Positions 10,164 to 19,633 of a DNA stretch of 40,914 nucleotides are shown piece by piece; position 1 is the stretch's first letter, and every line of letters starts with the position of its first letter. Below the pieces are notes generated by a model that ran no database searches, was not told the DNA's origin, and saw only the letters and a program-made list of their open reading frames with translations. Location of the stretch: positions 1 to 40,914 of the forward strand of contig JAFPCR010000088.1 of assembly GCA_017390195.1 (NCBI GenBank). Direction: 5' to 3'. Position numbers and translations under genes: made by a program. The stretch is from Clostridia bacterium. Lineage in GTDB: Bacteria > Bacillota > Clostridia > Oscillospirales > CAG-272.

Positions 10164-10775
10164 TTAATTCTCCTCACAAAAAGCACGCAGTATATTAAGT
10201 CCGACCGCTCCGCTCTTTTCGGGGTGGAACTGACAGCCCATAACATTACCGTTCTGCACTGCCGCAGTCAGCTCTATTCCGTATTCCGAGGTAGCGATCA
10301 CGCTTTCGTCGCAATCCGCTGCGTAAAACGAATGAACGAAATAGACACAATCGCCCTCTTTTATATATTTGAACAAGCTGCTCGATCCCCGAAAATGCAA
10401 AGCGTTCCACCCGATGTGCGGTATCTTCAGGTTGGCAGGAACAGCCCCCTCTATAGGAACGACATTTCCTTTGAGCAATCCGAGTCCTTCATGCTCTCCG
10501 TATTCATAGCTTTTTTCAAACAACAGCTGCATACCGAGACATATACCCATGATCGGCTTTCCGCTCTTTGCAAGCTCAATGACCAATCTGTCCATTCCGC
10601 TGTCGTGCAGTTTTTTTGCCGCATCGGAAAATGCTCCCACTCCGGGCAAAATTATTCTGTCTGCGTTTCTTATAACATCCTTATCCGACGTGATAATAGC
10701 GTCGGCACCTATGCTCTTGAACGAGGAAACCAGCGAAAAAAGATTTCCTACTCCGTAATCAATAATGGCTATCAT
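10164..10775 (-). CDS. hisH: Imidazole glycerol phosphate synthase glutaminase subunit
   Basis: PGVGAF, GICLGMQLL, PHIGWN and QFHPEKS motifs. Confidence 0.97.
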   Translation of the reverse strand: MIAIIDYGVGNLFSLVSSFKSIGADAIITSDKDVIRNADRIILPGVGAFSDAAKKLHDSGMDRLVIELAKSGKPIMGICLGMQLLFEKSYEYGEHEGLGLLKGNVVPIEGAVPANLKIPHIGWNALHFRGSSSLFKYIKEGDCVYFVHSFYAADCDESVIATSEYGIELTAAVQNGNVMGCQFHPEKSGAVGLNILRAFCEEN

Positions 10776-11362
10776 TCAATAAGCCCCTTAGTAGACGGTA
10801 TCTCGTCTTTTGCCTCTATGTCGCACGAGACTGCAGTTCTCAGGCTTCTTGCGACAGACTTAAATGAGCCTTCAATAATGTGATGTGAATTGCTTCCTGC
10901 AAGCTGTCTTATGTGAAGTGTGAGCTTTGCGTTTCTTGCAAAGGCTATCCAAAATTCCTCTGTAAGCTCGGTGTCGAAATTACCTACTCTCTGTGTCGGG
11001 ATATTGAGAGCATAATAGCATTCTCCCCTGCCCGAAATGTCCAAGGCACTTAATATCAATGCCTCATCCATAGGCAGAATAGTTTGACCGTAACGCTTGA
11101 TACCCCTCTTGTCGCCCAATGCCTGTCGCACCGCCTGACCCAAGGCAATTCCTATATCCTCGACCGAGTGGTGAAAATCGACCTCAACATCTCCTTTGCA
11201 GTATACGGTCAGGTCAAAACGTGCATGACGTGCGAAAAGGTTCATCATATGGTCAAGGAATCCGACGCCCGTATTTCCCTCAAATTTTCCCTCGCCGTCA
11301 AGGTTCAGTTTTATTTGTATATCTGTTTCGCCTGTTTTTCTGTTTATTTCGGATATTCTCAT
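10772..11362 (-). CDS. hisB: Imidazoleglycerol-phosphate dehydratase
   Basis: GFLDHM, DFHHSVED and NSHHIIE motifs. Confidence 0.96.
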   Translation of the reverse strand: MRISEINRKTGETDIQIKLNLDGEGKFEGNTGVGFLDHMMNLFARHARFDLTVYCKGDVEVDFHHSVEDIGIALGQAVRQALGDKRGIKRYGQTILPMDEALILSALDISGRGECYYALNIPTQRVGNFDTELTEEFWIAFARNAKLTLHIRQLAGSNSHHIIEGSFKSVARSLRTAVSCDIEAKDEIPSTKGLIE

Positions 11363-12425
11363 TGAACGTACTCCTTTAATACAGATTTTGTTTTTTGCAG
11401 GAACAGCTCCATCTGCTCCTCCGTTCCTATCGTGATCCTGTTATATTCCTTGATACGTGGCAGACTAAAGTGACGGATAAGGACTCCCTTCTCCTTTAAA
11501 CGTCTGTAAAGCTCCTCGCCTTCGATTTTATCCGACCTTGCAAAAACGAAGTTAGTCTTTGAATCTATCACCTCAAAGCCGAGTTTTCTAAGCTCTTCGG
11601 TTACATATTCTCTTGTTTTTGCGATCTTCTTGCAATTTTCCATATAATAGCCGTTATCGCACAATGCCGCAACACCTGCCGCCGCTGTAATACGGTTTAC
11701 GTTATAGGGGTTTACCGAATACTTTACCGTATTCAAGTCGGCGATAAGTGCGGCATTTCCAATACCGAAGCCAAGCCTTGCACCTGCCATTGAGCGTGAT
11801 TTTGAAAATGTGCCTGTGACCAAAAGGTTGTCATATCTGTCTACCAACGAAACCGCACTCTCCGCTCCGAAATCAACATTGCTTCATCTATGATAACAAC
11901 ATTATCGGGATTGCTCTTGACTATTTTCTCTATCTTATCAAGCGATAGATAAAGTCCTGTAGGTGCGTTCGGATTTGCTATTACGACAGTCTTGTTTACC
12001 CCTATATAGTCCTTTTCGTCAATGCTGAAATCAGCCTCCAGAGGTATCTCCTCATATGGAATATGATTCAACTGTGCAAACACAGGATAAAAGCCATATG
12101 TTATGTCGGGAAATACCAGCGGATGTTCATCATCGGCAAATGCCATAAATGCAAAATTCAAGACCTCGTCCGAACCGTTCGTCATAATTATCTGCTCGGG
12201 CTTGACCGAAAAGACTTCTGCCATTTTTTGACGCAGAGCCTTGCATTCAGGGTCGGAATAAAGCTGAAGCCTGCCTGCCTCTTTTGACACCGCCTCTCGA
12301 ACAGAATCCGACGGAGCGTAAGGAGATTCGTTTGTGTTAAGCTTTATATATGGCATATCCTGTGGCTGTTCGCCGGGTGTATATGGCGTGAGGCTTGAAT
12401 ATTTATCTGAAAACAATCTGCTCAT
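11359..12425 (-). pseudogene. hisC: Histidinol-phosphate aminotransferase split by a 1-nt deletion (or a sequencing error)
   Basis: N-half has KLNTNESPY and NPNAPTG; C-half has TFSKSRSMAGARLG. Adding one T at about 11879/11880 restores DEAYVDFGAESAVSLVDRYDN. Confidence 0.88.
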
Positions 12426-13705
12426 TTCTTGTCTGCAAAACGCACTGTCGCACTTCTTGCGTGTGCGTTAAGTCCCTCTTTATTTGCAAAATAGGCTACC
12501 TTGTCGGCAACCTTTGAAAGTGCCTCTGCCGTATAGTAAGTAAACTGCGACTTCTTCACGAAATCGTCTACCGACAACGGTGATGAAAATCTTGCAGTTC
12601 CGCTCGTCGGCAAGGTGTGGTTAGGCCCTGCAAAATAGTCCCCCAACGCCTCGGGGCAGTATTTGCCCATGAATATTGAGCCTGCGTGCTTTATCTTGTC
12701 AAGATAATCAAAGGGATTGTCCACGCAAAGCTCAAGATGCTCGGGAGCGATCTCGTTCGCTATGTCGATAGCGAGCATCAAATTGTCCTCTGCAACGATG
12801 ATCTTTCCGTTGTTGTCAACAGATGCTCTTGCTATCTCGGCTCTCGGAAGCATGGGTATCTGTTCTTCAAGCTCGTCACTTACCTTTTGGGCAAAGCCGT
12901 AGCTGTCTGTCACAAGCACCGCACTTGCCATCTTATCGTGTTCAGCCTGAGAAAGCAGGTCTGCCGCAACGAACTTGGGGTCGCACGTAGAGTCGGCAAC
13001 TACAAGTATCTCGCTCGGTCCTGCGATCATGTCGATCGAGACCTTTCCGAATACCTGTTTCTTCGCCTCGGCAACATAAGCATTACCCGGCCCTACTATC
13101 TTATCTACCTTCGGGATACTTTCAGTTCCGTAAGCAAGTGCCGCCACTGCCTGAGCACCGCCAACCTTGAACACACGGTCAACACCTGCGATCCTTGCCG
13201 CCGCCAATATTACGGGAGCGACCTTTCCGTTTGCCGAAGGCGGTGTTACCATTACTATCTCTTTGCAACCTGCTATCTTTGCGGGTATGCTGTCCATAAG
13301 CACCGTCGAGGGATATGCCGCAGTTCCTCCGGGAACGTAAAGTCCTACCTTTTCGATCGGCATGATCTTCTGCCCCGTAACAACACCGTCTGTATTGTTG
13401 ATCACAAAGCTCGTTCTCACCTGCTTTTCGTGGAAAGCACGGATATTTACTGCCGCCTCTCTCAAAATGTCCAAGAATTCGGTCTCGACACATTCAAAGG
13501 CTTCATCGATCTCCTCTTTTGTAACCTCGAGCGAAGTAAGCGTTGCTTTGTCAAACCTCGAGGCATACTCATAAAGAGCAGAGTCTCCGTTTTTTATAAC
13601 GTTTGCAATGATATCCGATACCACCGACTCAACATTTGAGTTTATATTTTCTCTTGCAAAGATCTCATCATTTGAGACCTCTCCGTATTTGTATATTTTA
13701 ATCAT
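12422..13705 (-). CDS. hisD: Histidinol dehydrogenase
   Basis: YVPGG, GGAQA, IDMIAGPSE, SQAEHD and APEHLE motifs; start moved to ATG 13705 behind GGAG. Confidence 0.96.
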   Translation of the reverse strand: MIKIYKYGEVSNDEIFARENINSNVESVVSDIIANVIKNGDSALYEYASRFDKATLTSLEVTKEEIDEAFECVETEFLDILREAAVNIRAFHEKQVRTSFVINNTDGVVTGQKIMPIEKVGLYVPGGTAAYPSTVLMDSIPAKIAGCKEIVMVTPPSANGKVAPVILAAARIAGVDRVFKVGGAQAVAALAYGTESIPKVDKIVGPGNAYVAEAKKQVFGKVSIDMIAGPSEILVVADSTCDPKFVAADLLSQAEHDKMASAVLVTDSYGFAQKVSDELEEQIPMLPRAEIARASVDNNGKIIVAEDNLMLAIDIANEIAPEHLELCVDNPFDYLDKIKHAGSIFMGKYCPEALGDYFAGPNHTLPTSGTARFSSPLSVDDFVKKSQFTYYTAEALSKVADKVAYFANKEGLNAHARSATVRFADKK

Positions 13706-13738
13706 ATTCAACTCCACGTAGCCGCCCGCGGCTGCTGT

Positions 13739-14359
13739 TTATTTTAACTGTTCTTTGATCGCCTGAACGATCTGCTCTATCTGCGTACCCTTGAACTTGA
13801 AGCTCGACTTGTTTGCGATAAACCTCGCACTTATCGGAAGTATAGTCGTCTTGACCTCAAGGTTGTTTTCCTTCAGTGTCGTTCCTGTCTCCACAATATC
13901 GACGATAACATCGGAAAGTCCGACTATGGGGGCGATCTCAATAGAACCGTTCAGCTTAATGATATCTATGTCTCTGCCTATCTTTGTATAATAGTCGGTT
14001 GCGATATTCGGGAATTTTGTCGCTACTCGCAATGCCTTTATGCCATCGTCGTAAAACTCCTTAGGTCCTGCCACCGCCATGTTGCACTTGCCCAGATTCA
14101 GATCGAGCAGTTCATATACATTTGGCTGATATTCGAGAAGTATATCCTTTCCCGCAACTCCTATGTCAGCCGCTCCTCTTTCAACATATATCGGAACATC
14201 GGATGGCTTTACCAAAAAATATTTTATACCCTTTTCTTCATTGACAAACACGAGCTTGCGGTTGTTCTCTTTGATCGACGGACATTCATATCCCGCCGCT
14301 TCAAACATCGCATACACCTTTTCTCCGAGTCTGCCCTTCGGTAATGCAACATTCAGCAT
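13739..14359 (-). CDS. hisG: ATP phosphoribosyltransferase, short form
   Basis: ALPKGRL, ATKFPN and IVDIVETGTTLKEN; 206 aa with no C-terminal regulatory domain. Confidence 0.96.
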   Translation of the reverse strand: MLNVALPKGRLGEKVYAMFEAAGYECPSIKENNRKLVFVNEEKGIKYFLVKPSDVPIYVERGAADIGVAGKDILLEYQPNVYELLDLNLGKCNMAVAGPKEFYDDGIKALRVATKFPNIATDYYTKIGRDIDIIKLNGSIEIAPIVGLSDVIVDIVETGTTLKENNLEVKTTILPISARFIANKSSFKFKGTQIEQIVQAIKEQLK

Positions 14360-15459
14360 ATCTTATCTACCTCGCTGACCTTTATTATTTGGCGGCAACG
14401 TACAGACGGATCGGCAGAACGTTGAGCGCTGACCGTCATTCCCTTTTCGCAAATACTGCGTACTGCCCTTGCCACATCTATCTTGCTGTTGCCGTCACCG
14501 TAAAGCAAAACGACATCGACATCATAGGCATTTTGTTTCGACGGCATCTGCTCAAGCAGGTCAAGATACAGAGCAAATCCTATCGCTCTCGACTGTCTGC
14601 CCATCTTCGCCATGAGCTTGTCATACTGACCGCCCGACAAGATGCCCTCGCATATGCCATTCAAAAATCCCTTGAAAACAAATCCGTTGTAGTAGCTCAT
14701 ATCATTCACTACCGAGAAATCAAACAGTATCTTGTCCTTGTACGGAGTCTCATCAAGCATTTTAGACAGCATTTTGAGTTCATTCAAAGCATCGTTTGCC
14801 ACGCCTGTGCATATCTCACTCAATTTTCCGATAACTGCGTCTCTCTTACCGTAAGCATAGATAAAGCCCGAAAGCTTTTCGCAGTTCTCTTCGCTTACCT
14901 CATATTTTTCACACAAACGCTGTAAGTCGTGAGGGTTCTTTTCTGCTATATAACGCAATGCCTGATTGCGGAAGGCTGCATCGGGGCATACAGAGTCGAG
15001 AAATGCCGACAGTATGTCAAGATGCGATATTTCAAGAACGAAATCCTGCGAGATCATAGACAGACTTTCTGCCGCAAGCGATATTACCTCAAAGAAATCG
15101 TAGAGGTCGAGGTCGCCTACGCACTCAAGTCCTGATTGCATGATCTCCTTGTAATGATGCGTATTCTCGGACACACGGTACACATTTTCGTTGTAGTATA
15201 CCTTCTGCTTGACACCCTCCCCGTCTTCTCCGTTCTTGATTATAGAGAGCGTAACGTCGGGCTTTAATGCAAGCAGTCTGCCGTTTGTATCATTAAATGT
15301 AATTATACGGTCGCTTACCAAAAAATCTTTGTTTTGAACGTAAAGCTCATATTCTTCAAATTTGCTCATTTTATACGGCAAATATCCGTATGTACCGTAC
15401 AGAGAACGCAGAGCAAATATCGCTCTCTCCTCTGTTTTTAAAAACTTCTCGTCGATCAT
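14353..15459 (-). CDS. hisZ: ATP phosphoribosyltransferase regulatory subunit
   Basis: HisRS-like LALKPDVTLSI, EIMQSGLE, SYYNG and GGQYD; precedes short hisG; start at 15459 behind GGGAG. Confidence 0.92.
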   Translation of the reverse strand: MIDEKFLKTEERAIFALRSLYGTYGYLPYKMSKFEEYELYVQNKDFLVSDRIITFNDTNGRLLALKPDVTLSIIKNGEDGEGVKQKVYYNENVYRVSENTHHYKEIMQSGLECVGDLDLYDFFEVISLAAESLSMISQDFVLEISHLDILSAFLDSVCPDAAFRNQALRYIAEKNPHDLQRLCEKYEVSEENCEKLSGFIYAYGKRDAVIGKLSEICTGVANDALNELKMLSKMLDETPYKDKILFDFSVVNDMSYYNGFVFKGFLNGICEGILSGGQYDKLMAKMGRQSRAIGFALYLDLLEQMPSKQNAYDVDVVLLYGDGNSKIDVARAVRSICEKGMTVSAQRSADPSVRCRQIIKVSEVDKIC

Positions 15460-15491
15460 CTTTATCTCCCTAACCACGTCGGCATTTTACA

Positions 15492-15791
15492 TTATTTTTG
15501 TTCTTTGTTTTCTCCAAGTCTCGCAATAACGGTCTTGTAGCCGCCCGCTCCGTATTCACAGCACTTGCTTACTCGGCTGATAGTCGCCGTACTTGCACCC
15601 GTTTCTGTGTTTATAACGGTATAACTTATTCCCTTTGAGAGCATTTTTGCCACGGACAGTCTCTGTGAAAGGTCAAGCACCTCTTTTATTGTACATAGAT
15701 CCTCTAAAAAAGCATAACATTCTTCTTTCGTTTCCAAAGAGAGCAATGCGTCGCAAAGCTCATCAGTCTCATTGCTGTGCCAATTTGCCAT
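15492..15791 (-). CDS. yerC: YerC/YecD TrpR-like transcription factor, likely the histidine repressor HisR
   Basis: CYAFLEDLCTIKE...QRL.VA.ML...GASTATISRV; first gene of the his operon; start at 15791 behind GGGG. Confidence 0.88.
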   Translation of the reverse strand: MANWHSNETDELCDALLSLETKEECYAFLEDLCTIKEVLDLSQRLSVAKMLSKGISYTVINTETGASTATISRVSKCCEYGAGGYKTVIARLGENKEQK

Positions 15792-15870
15792 ATAAATCCC
15801 CCACTTCGCCGCACACAGCGGCACACTTTTCGGTGAAAATCCTATTCTTATTTTTTGTTCTCTGCTTACG

Positions 15871-15890
15871 CACTTTATCAAAGCAGAGCG
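15871..15890. promoter_or_regulatory. Candidate HisR operator
   Basis: CACTTTA-N6-CAGAGCG resembles the YACTTTA-N6-TAAAGTR palindrome recalled for HisR; lies just downstream of the -10 box. Confidence 0.55.
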
Positions 15891-15902
15891 TTAATAGGAT
15901 AA

Positions 15903-15930
15903 ATTATACACTCTTTTTTAAATATGTCAA
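15903..15930 (-). promoter_or_regulatory. sigmaA promoter of the his operon
   Basis: TTGACA-16 nt-TATAAT. Confidence 0.75.
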
Positions 15931-15994
15931 TAGGTATACGAAATTTTTCACATATATTTCTTAATTTAATTATATATAAAATCAATTATATTTA

Positions 15995-16039
15995 AAAACG
16001 CTCTCGTGTCAAGGGAATTCCTTAAAACGAAAGCGTTTT
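15995..16039 (-). terminator. Terminator after bsh
   Basis: aaaacgct...agcgtttt imperfect hairpin with a T-run on the minus strand. Confidence 0.6.
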
Positions 16040-16053
16040 CTTCTTTATTTATT

Positions 16054-17028
16054 TTAATTTTGATATTTTATCTGCTCCTCGCAAATAAGCGGATAGCGGA
16101 TAAGCCTGTCCGAGTCGAGCTGTTCTTTTCTCATGTCCACTGCCGTTATCTGATGATCGTTGTATGACGTATAATAATATATTCCACGGTCGGCATTACA
16201 GCATGACGTGTATATCGTTATATGGTATTTCCCGCCGTCGGATTCGCAACAACCGTTTGGCACCTCCACCGAGCCGAGAATATGAAACAATTGACTCACA
16301 CTTTCACTTTCTGAGTCTCCCGACACCGAGTTCATCTTGAAAAAAGCCGCACGGACAAATCTTGACTGTGAGGACATATCTCCGGGAAGTCCGATAGCTC
16401 CCATACCCCGACTGTAAACATTCAGCACAAGCTTTTCGGCAAAATTATTTTTCGGGGCTTTAGGCGACAAGGTCATGTAATTGTTGAGATTGAACATCTG
16501 CACCTCAAATAGCGGATTATTGGTCAAAACTCCTACGGTGTTGTCATAGACCTTGATACCCTCTTTTACAGATTCAACGGTTATCGCCCCGTCTCTGTCG
16601 GCAATTATCCAATGAAGCTGTGCCACGGGAAATTTGTCCATAAAGGCAGCCTTGGTCAGATTTATTCCCGCTAAAAGCTCCCTCGCCTCTTTTACAGTCG
16701 AACACTGTGACAATACCCACGGAACAAATTCAAACTGTGCAACATTGTCCCTGCTCGGCATTTCATCTCGGTAATGTGCATTCCCGACAAAGTTAAGCCC
16801 CGCCATGCAAAGCCCCTTTTCGTTTACTGCGTCGTAATAGAGCGGATATTCATCCTCAATATGTGCCATTCCTATCATAGCATAGTGACTTTTCATTTCA
16901 CCCATGCTCACAAAGCGAAATGTATAATTTCGAGGTGTTACTGTTATCTCCTCGCCGTATGAACAGTCATAATCCAAGGTTCTCCCAAAATAAAGATCCT
17001 TTGTTTTATATGTTACCGCCGTACACAT
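16054..17028 (-). CDS. bsh: Choloylglycine hydrolase (bile salt hydrolase / penicillin V acylase family Ntn hydrolase), 324 aa
   Basis: MCTA N-terminal nucleophile; FGRTLD, DAVNEKGL, VLTNNP and GLPGD.SS.SRFVRA. The true start is ATG 17028, not 17346. Confidence 0.9.
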   Translation of the reverse strand: MCTAVTYKTKDLYFGRTLDYDCSYGEEITVTPRNYTFRFVSMGEMKSHYAMIGMAHIEDEYPLYYDAVNEKGLCMAGLNFVGNAHYRDEMPSRDNVAQFEFVPWVLSQCSTVKEARELLAGINLTKAAFMDKFPVAQLHWIIADRDGAITVESVKEGIKVYDNTVGVLTNNPLFEVQMFNLNNYMTLSPKAPKNNFAEKLVLNVYSRGMGAIGLPGDMSSQSRFVRAAFFKMNSVSGDSESESVSQLFHILGSVEVPNGCCESDGGKYHITIYTSCCNADRGIYYYTSYNDHQITAVDMRKEQLDSDRLIRYPLICEEQIKYQN

Positions 17029-17060
17029 TCTTTTACTACACTGCCTTCCATATTTTGATT

Positions 17061-17090
17061 TATTATGGTGAAGTTCAGGTGGGAATATTC
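17061..17090 (-). promoter_or_regulatory. Candidate sigmaG (forespore) promoter of bsh
   Basis: GAATA-18 nt-CATAATA, matching the Bacillus sigmaG consensus GHATA-N18-CATAHTA. Confidence 0.5.
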
Positions 17091-17127
17091 CTCTGAGAAT
17101 GAAAATACCTTTGCTTTCGAAATAAAT

Positions 17128-17159
17128 AAAAAAAGTCGCATCAAATTGATACGACTTTT
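17128..17159 (-). terminator. Intrinsic terminator of the ssrA transcript
   Basis: AAAAGTCGTATCA-ATT-TGATGCGACTTTTTTT. Confidence 0.85.
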
Positions 17160-17259
17160 GGGATGTAGCAATCGGAATTGTATCCGAATCACACCATCGT
17201 GGTGTGAGGTTTGGCATTACACTGCACTCCCTCGATAATTGGGGGCAGGCACTGCCTGC

Positions 17260-17657
17260 TGGTGGAGACGAGGGGAATCGAACCCCTGTCCGAAAGCCTC
17301 TTGACATAACTTTCTCCGTGGGCAGCTTGTCCTTTAAATTTCCCACTCGGCGGCGACGACAAGCAGTCTCCGCTTTGCAGTAGCCCTTTTGTCCATGATC
17401 GAGGCAAGGGCGAATACCCGATTCATGTTCACCGTTACAATGACGCTCAGTCCCGAATCACGGTACTTTCGGGAGGAACGGGTGACCCACAGGTCACAGC
17501 CTGCCAAATGAAGCTCTCAATACGAGAGCGTTCATTTAGGCAGCAAGTGCAACTTTATTGTTGTCGTTTAATTTTTAAGTTTAGGCATTATTACGGGATT
17601 ACCCAGCCCGCCACGCTTATCATGCCTCAAAACCCCCGTCGAAACCATTACGTCCCC
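17260..17657 (-). ncRNA. ssrA: tmRNA, 398 nt, tag peptide (A)DNNKVALAA encoded at 17565-17536
   Basis: 5' GGGGACG pairs with 3' CGTCTCC-ACCA including the G3:U alanine determinant; T-arm GGGGTTCGATTCCCC; tag ORF ends ALAA-TAA. Confidence 0.96.
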
Positions 17658-17698
17658 ATATAATGTAATAAAAATTTCCCGTGTTTCGAGACCTTATT

Positions 17699-17727
17699 AT
17701 TATATATTATCCGCACTCTTTTGTCAA
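17699..17727 (-). promoter_or_regulatory. sigmaA promoter of ssrA
   Basis: TTGACA-17 nt-TATAAT. Confidence 0.85.
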
Positions 17728-17742
17728 CATATTTAAGACGAC

Positions 17743-17777
17743 AAAAATCGGCCATTAAAGCAATTTAACAGCCGATC
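17743..17777 (-). terminator. Terminator after the membrane protein gene
   Basis: ATCGGCTGTTAAA-TTGC-TTTAATGGCCGAT followed by a T-run; G:U pairs favour the minus strand. Confidence 0.75.
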
Positions 17778-17787
17778 TTCCTTATTT

Positions 17788-18405
17788 TTACTTTTTCCCA
17801 TTGCGTTTTTCTTCTTTTTTCTGTGCCTTTTCAAGCTCCTTACGTCGTGCTATTTCGGGATTCTTAACTATAAATATGTTCGTCAGGTGCCTATCGTAAG
17901 ACCCGAGCATATACGCCAAGAAGGAGACCGCCAGCGACGGGATCATGATCACAAAATACGAGATCGCATAAGAATTCAAAGGACTTCCCGCAACATTCAA
18001 GGAAAGCAGTCCTGTATACATACCCTCAATTGCCAAGGCGATCACACTGCCTACTCCGCCCACCGAGCCGAATACCTGGGGGAAAACAAATCCAAGCGTT
18101 GCCAAAACAGCCAACACTGCATTGGGGATATTGGCGAAGATGCCCATATAGAGACCTACGAAAACATTTCGTTCTTCTCTTCCACCGTTTATTGCTATAC
18201 AGTCTTTAGAGCCGACCTCCCAGCAAAGACCGTAGATCAGGAACAAATAAAACACTATCGCTCCGATACTCGTAGTTATCTGCAATGCCTTATTATCAGA
18301 CATTCCAGTTGCTATTGCAAGTCCGAGTCCGAATATCGCAATTGCGACCTGTGTTACAAACATTTTGACTATAGTATATGAATGCTTCTTAAAAACGCCG
18401 CCCAT
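17788..18405 (-). CDS. Hypothetical integral membrane protein (about 5 TM helices)
   Basis: Hydrophobic helices, charged C-terminal tail, AAAGGA RBS and its own terminator. Confidence 0.75.
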   Translation of the reverse strand: MGGVFKKHSYTIVKMFVTQVAIAIFGLGLAIATGMSDNKALQITTSIGAIVFYLFLIYGLCWEVGSKDCIAINGGREERNVFVGLYMGIFANIPNAVLAVLATLGFVFPQVFGSVGGVGSVIALAIEGMYTGLLSLNVAGSPLNSYAISYFVIMIPSLAVSFLAYMLGSYDRHLTNIFIVKNPEIARRKELEKAQKKEEKRNGKK

Positions 18406-18634
18406 AAAAATGTTTTCCTTTCTTGTGTTGATTTTACAAGTTTACAGGTAAGAATTTCTTTTGAAATCAATACAAAGCAAATCTTCAGGTATCATTATAA
18501 ATAATAACTCTCCCCTTTTCAACAAAACTCTGCGAAAATTTACAGTTTCGAAACTAAATACTTTCTATTTGTTGTATAATATAATCAAACGTGTTATATT
18601 TTGTATAATACAGATATGAATTATCGGAGGTTTT

Positions 18635-19633
18635 ATGGCATACGCAATTTCGATCGATGAATTTTCCGACACTGTTCGTGAATTTGCTTCATACAAGCTC
18701 GTTATTCAAAACTGTTCAAAAAAGACTGTTGATGAATATCTTCTTGATCTGCGGACATTCTTTCGCTACATAATCGCCAAGCGAAGCGGAATTTCCCCAA
18801 AATCCGAAGAATTCGAACAGATAAACATTAGGCAGGCAGACCTTGATTTTCTGCGTTCCATACGGCAGGACGACATATATGATTTCCTTTTATACACAGG
18901 AACTCAGCGTCAGAATCAGTGGTCGGCAAAATCGAGAAAGCTATCGGCGATCAAGGCACTTTACCGTTTCCTTGTCGTAAAACGTGGATTTCTAAAGGAC
19001 AACCCTGCGGCAAACATCGAATCTCCAAAGCCGAAGCGTTCCCTGCCCAAGTATTTATCAATCGAAGAATGTATGATGCTCCTCGATGCTGTGAAAAACG
19101 ATAAAGAGTCGAAATCAAAAACACGTGACTATGCCATTGTCACTCTCTTTTTAAATTGCGGTATGCGTCTTTCGGAATTGGTCGGCATAAATCTCTCTGA
19201 TATCGACCGTGAGCTGCGTTCGCTGACGGTTACGGGAAAAGGCAACAAGGAAAGGATCGTATATCTAAACGATGCCTGCCGCTCTGCCCTCGCAGATCAC
19301 CTTTCGGAACGTCTGTGCGAAAGCAATAGAACCGTCGGAACGAATGCTCTTTTCATCAGCTCACGTGGACAGCGGATAAGTGCGAAAACCGTTCAGTGGA
19401 TGGTATACAAATATCTCGATATGGCCGGGCTTGAATCCAAGCACTATTCGGTTCACAAGTTGCGTCACACCGCCGCAACTCTTATGTATCAGACAGGTGA
19501 GGTAGATGTCAGGGTCCTAAAGGATATTCTCGGGCATGAGCAGTTGAACACTACCCAGATATACACCCATGTCAGCAACGCAAGCATGGAAAATGCCATG
19601 TCTAAAAATCCGCTTTCAAAAATAAAAAAATAA
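18635..19633 (+). CDS. xerC: XerC-like tyrosine recombinase
   Basis: GMRLSEL, GKGNKER, HKLRH and LGHEQLNTTQIY catalytic set; N-terminal SAM-like region; GGAGG RBS. Confidence 0.85.
   Translation: MAYAISIDEFSDTVREFASYKLVIQNCSKKTVDEYLLDLRTFFRYIIAKRSGISPKSEEFEQINIRQADLDFLRSIRQDDIYDFLLYTGTQRQNQWSAKSRKLSAIKALYRFLVVKRGFLKDNPAANIESPKPKRSLPKYLSIEECMMLLDAVKNDKESKSKTRDYAIVTLFLNCGMRLSELVGINLSDIDRELRSLTVTGKGNKERIVYLNDACRSALADHLSERLCESNRTVGTNALFISSRGQRISAKTVQWMVYKYLDMAGLESKHYSVHKLRHTAATLMYQTGEVDVRVLKDILGHEQLNTTQIYTHVSNASMENAMSKNPLSKIKK

Noticed and set aside
17029-17346. 106-codon in-frame extension of bsh reaching into tmRNA
   Set aside because: The open stretch is surprisingly long, but it starts inside tmRNA without an evident RBS and crosses a terminator, and the enzyme needs Cys2 at its N-terminus.
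17690-17717. dif-like sequence (TATATA-TTAT...ACT) near xerC
   Set aside because: The left arm does not match, and the sequence is explained by the ssrA promoter.
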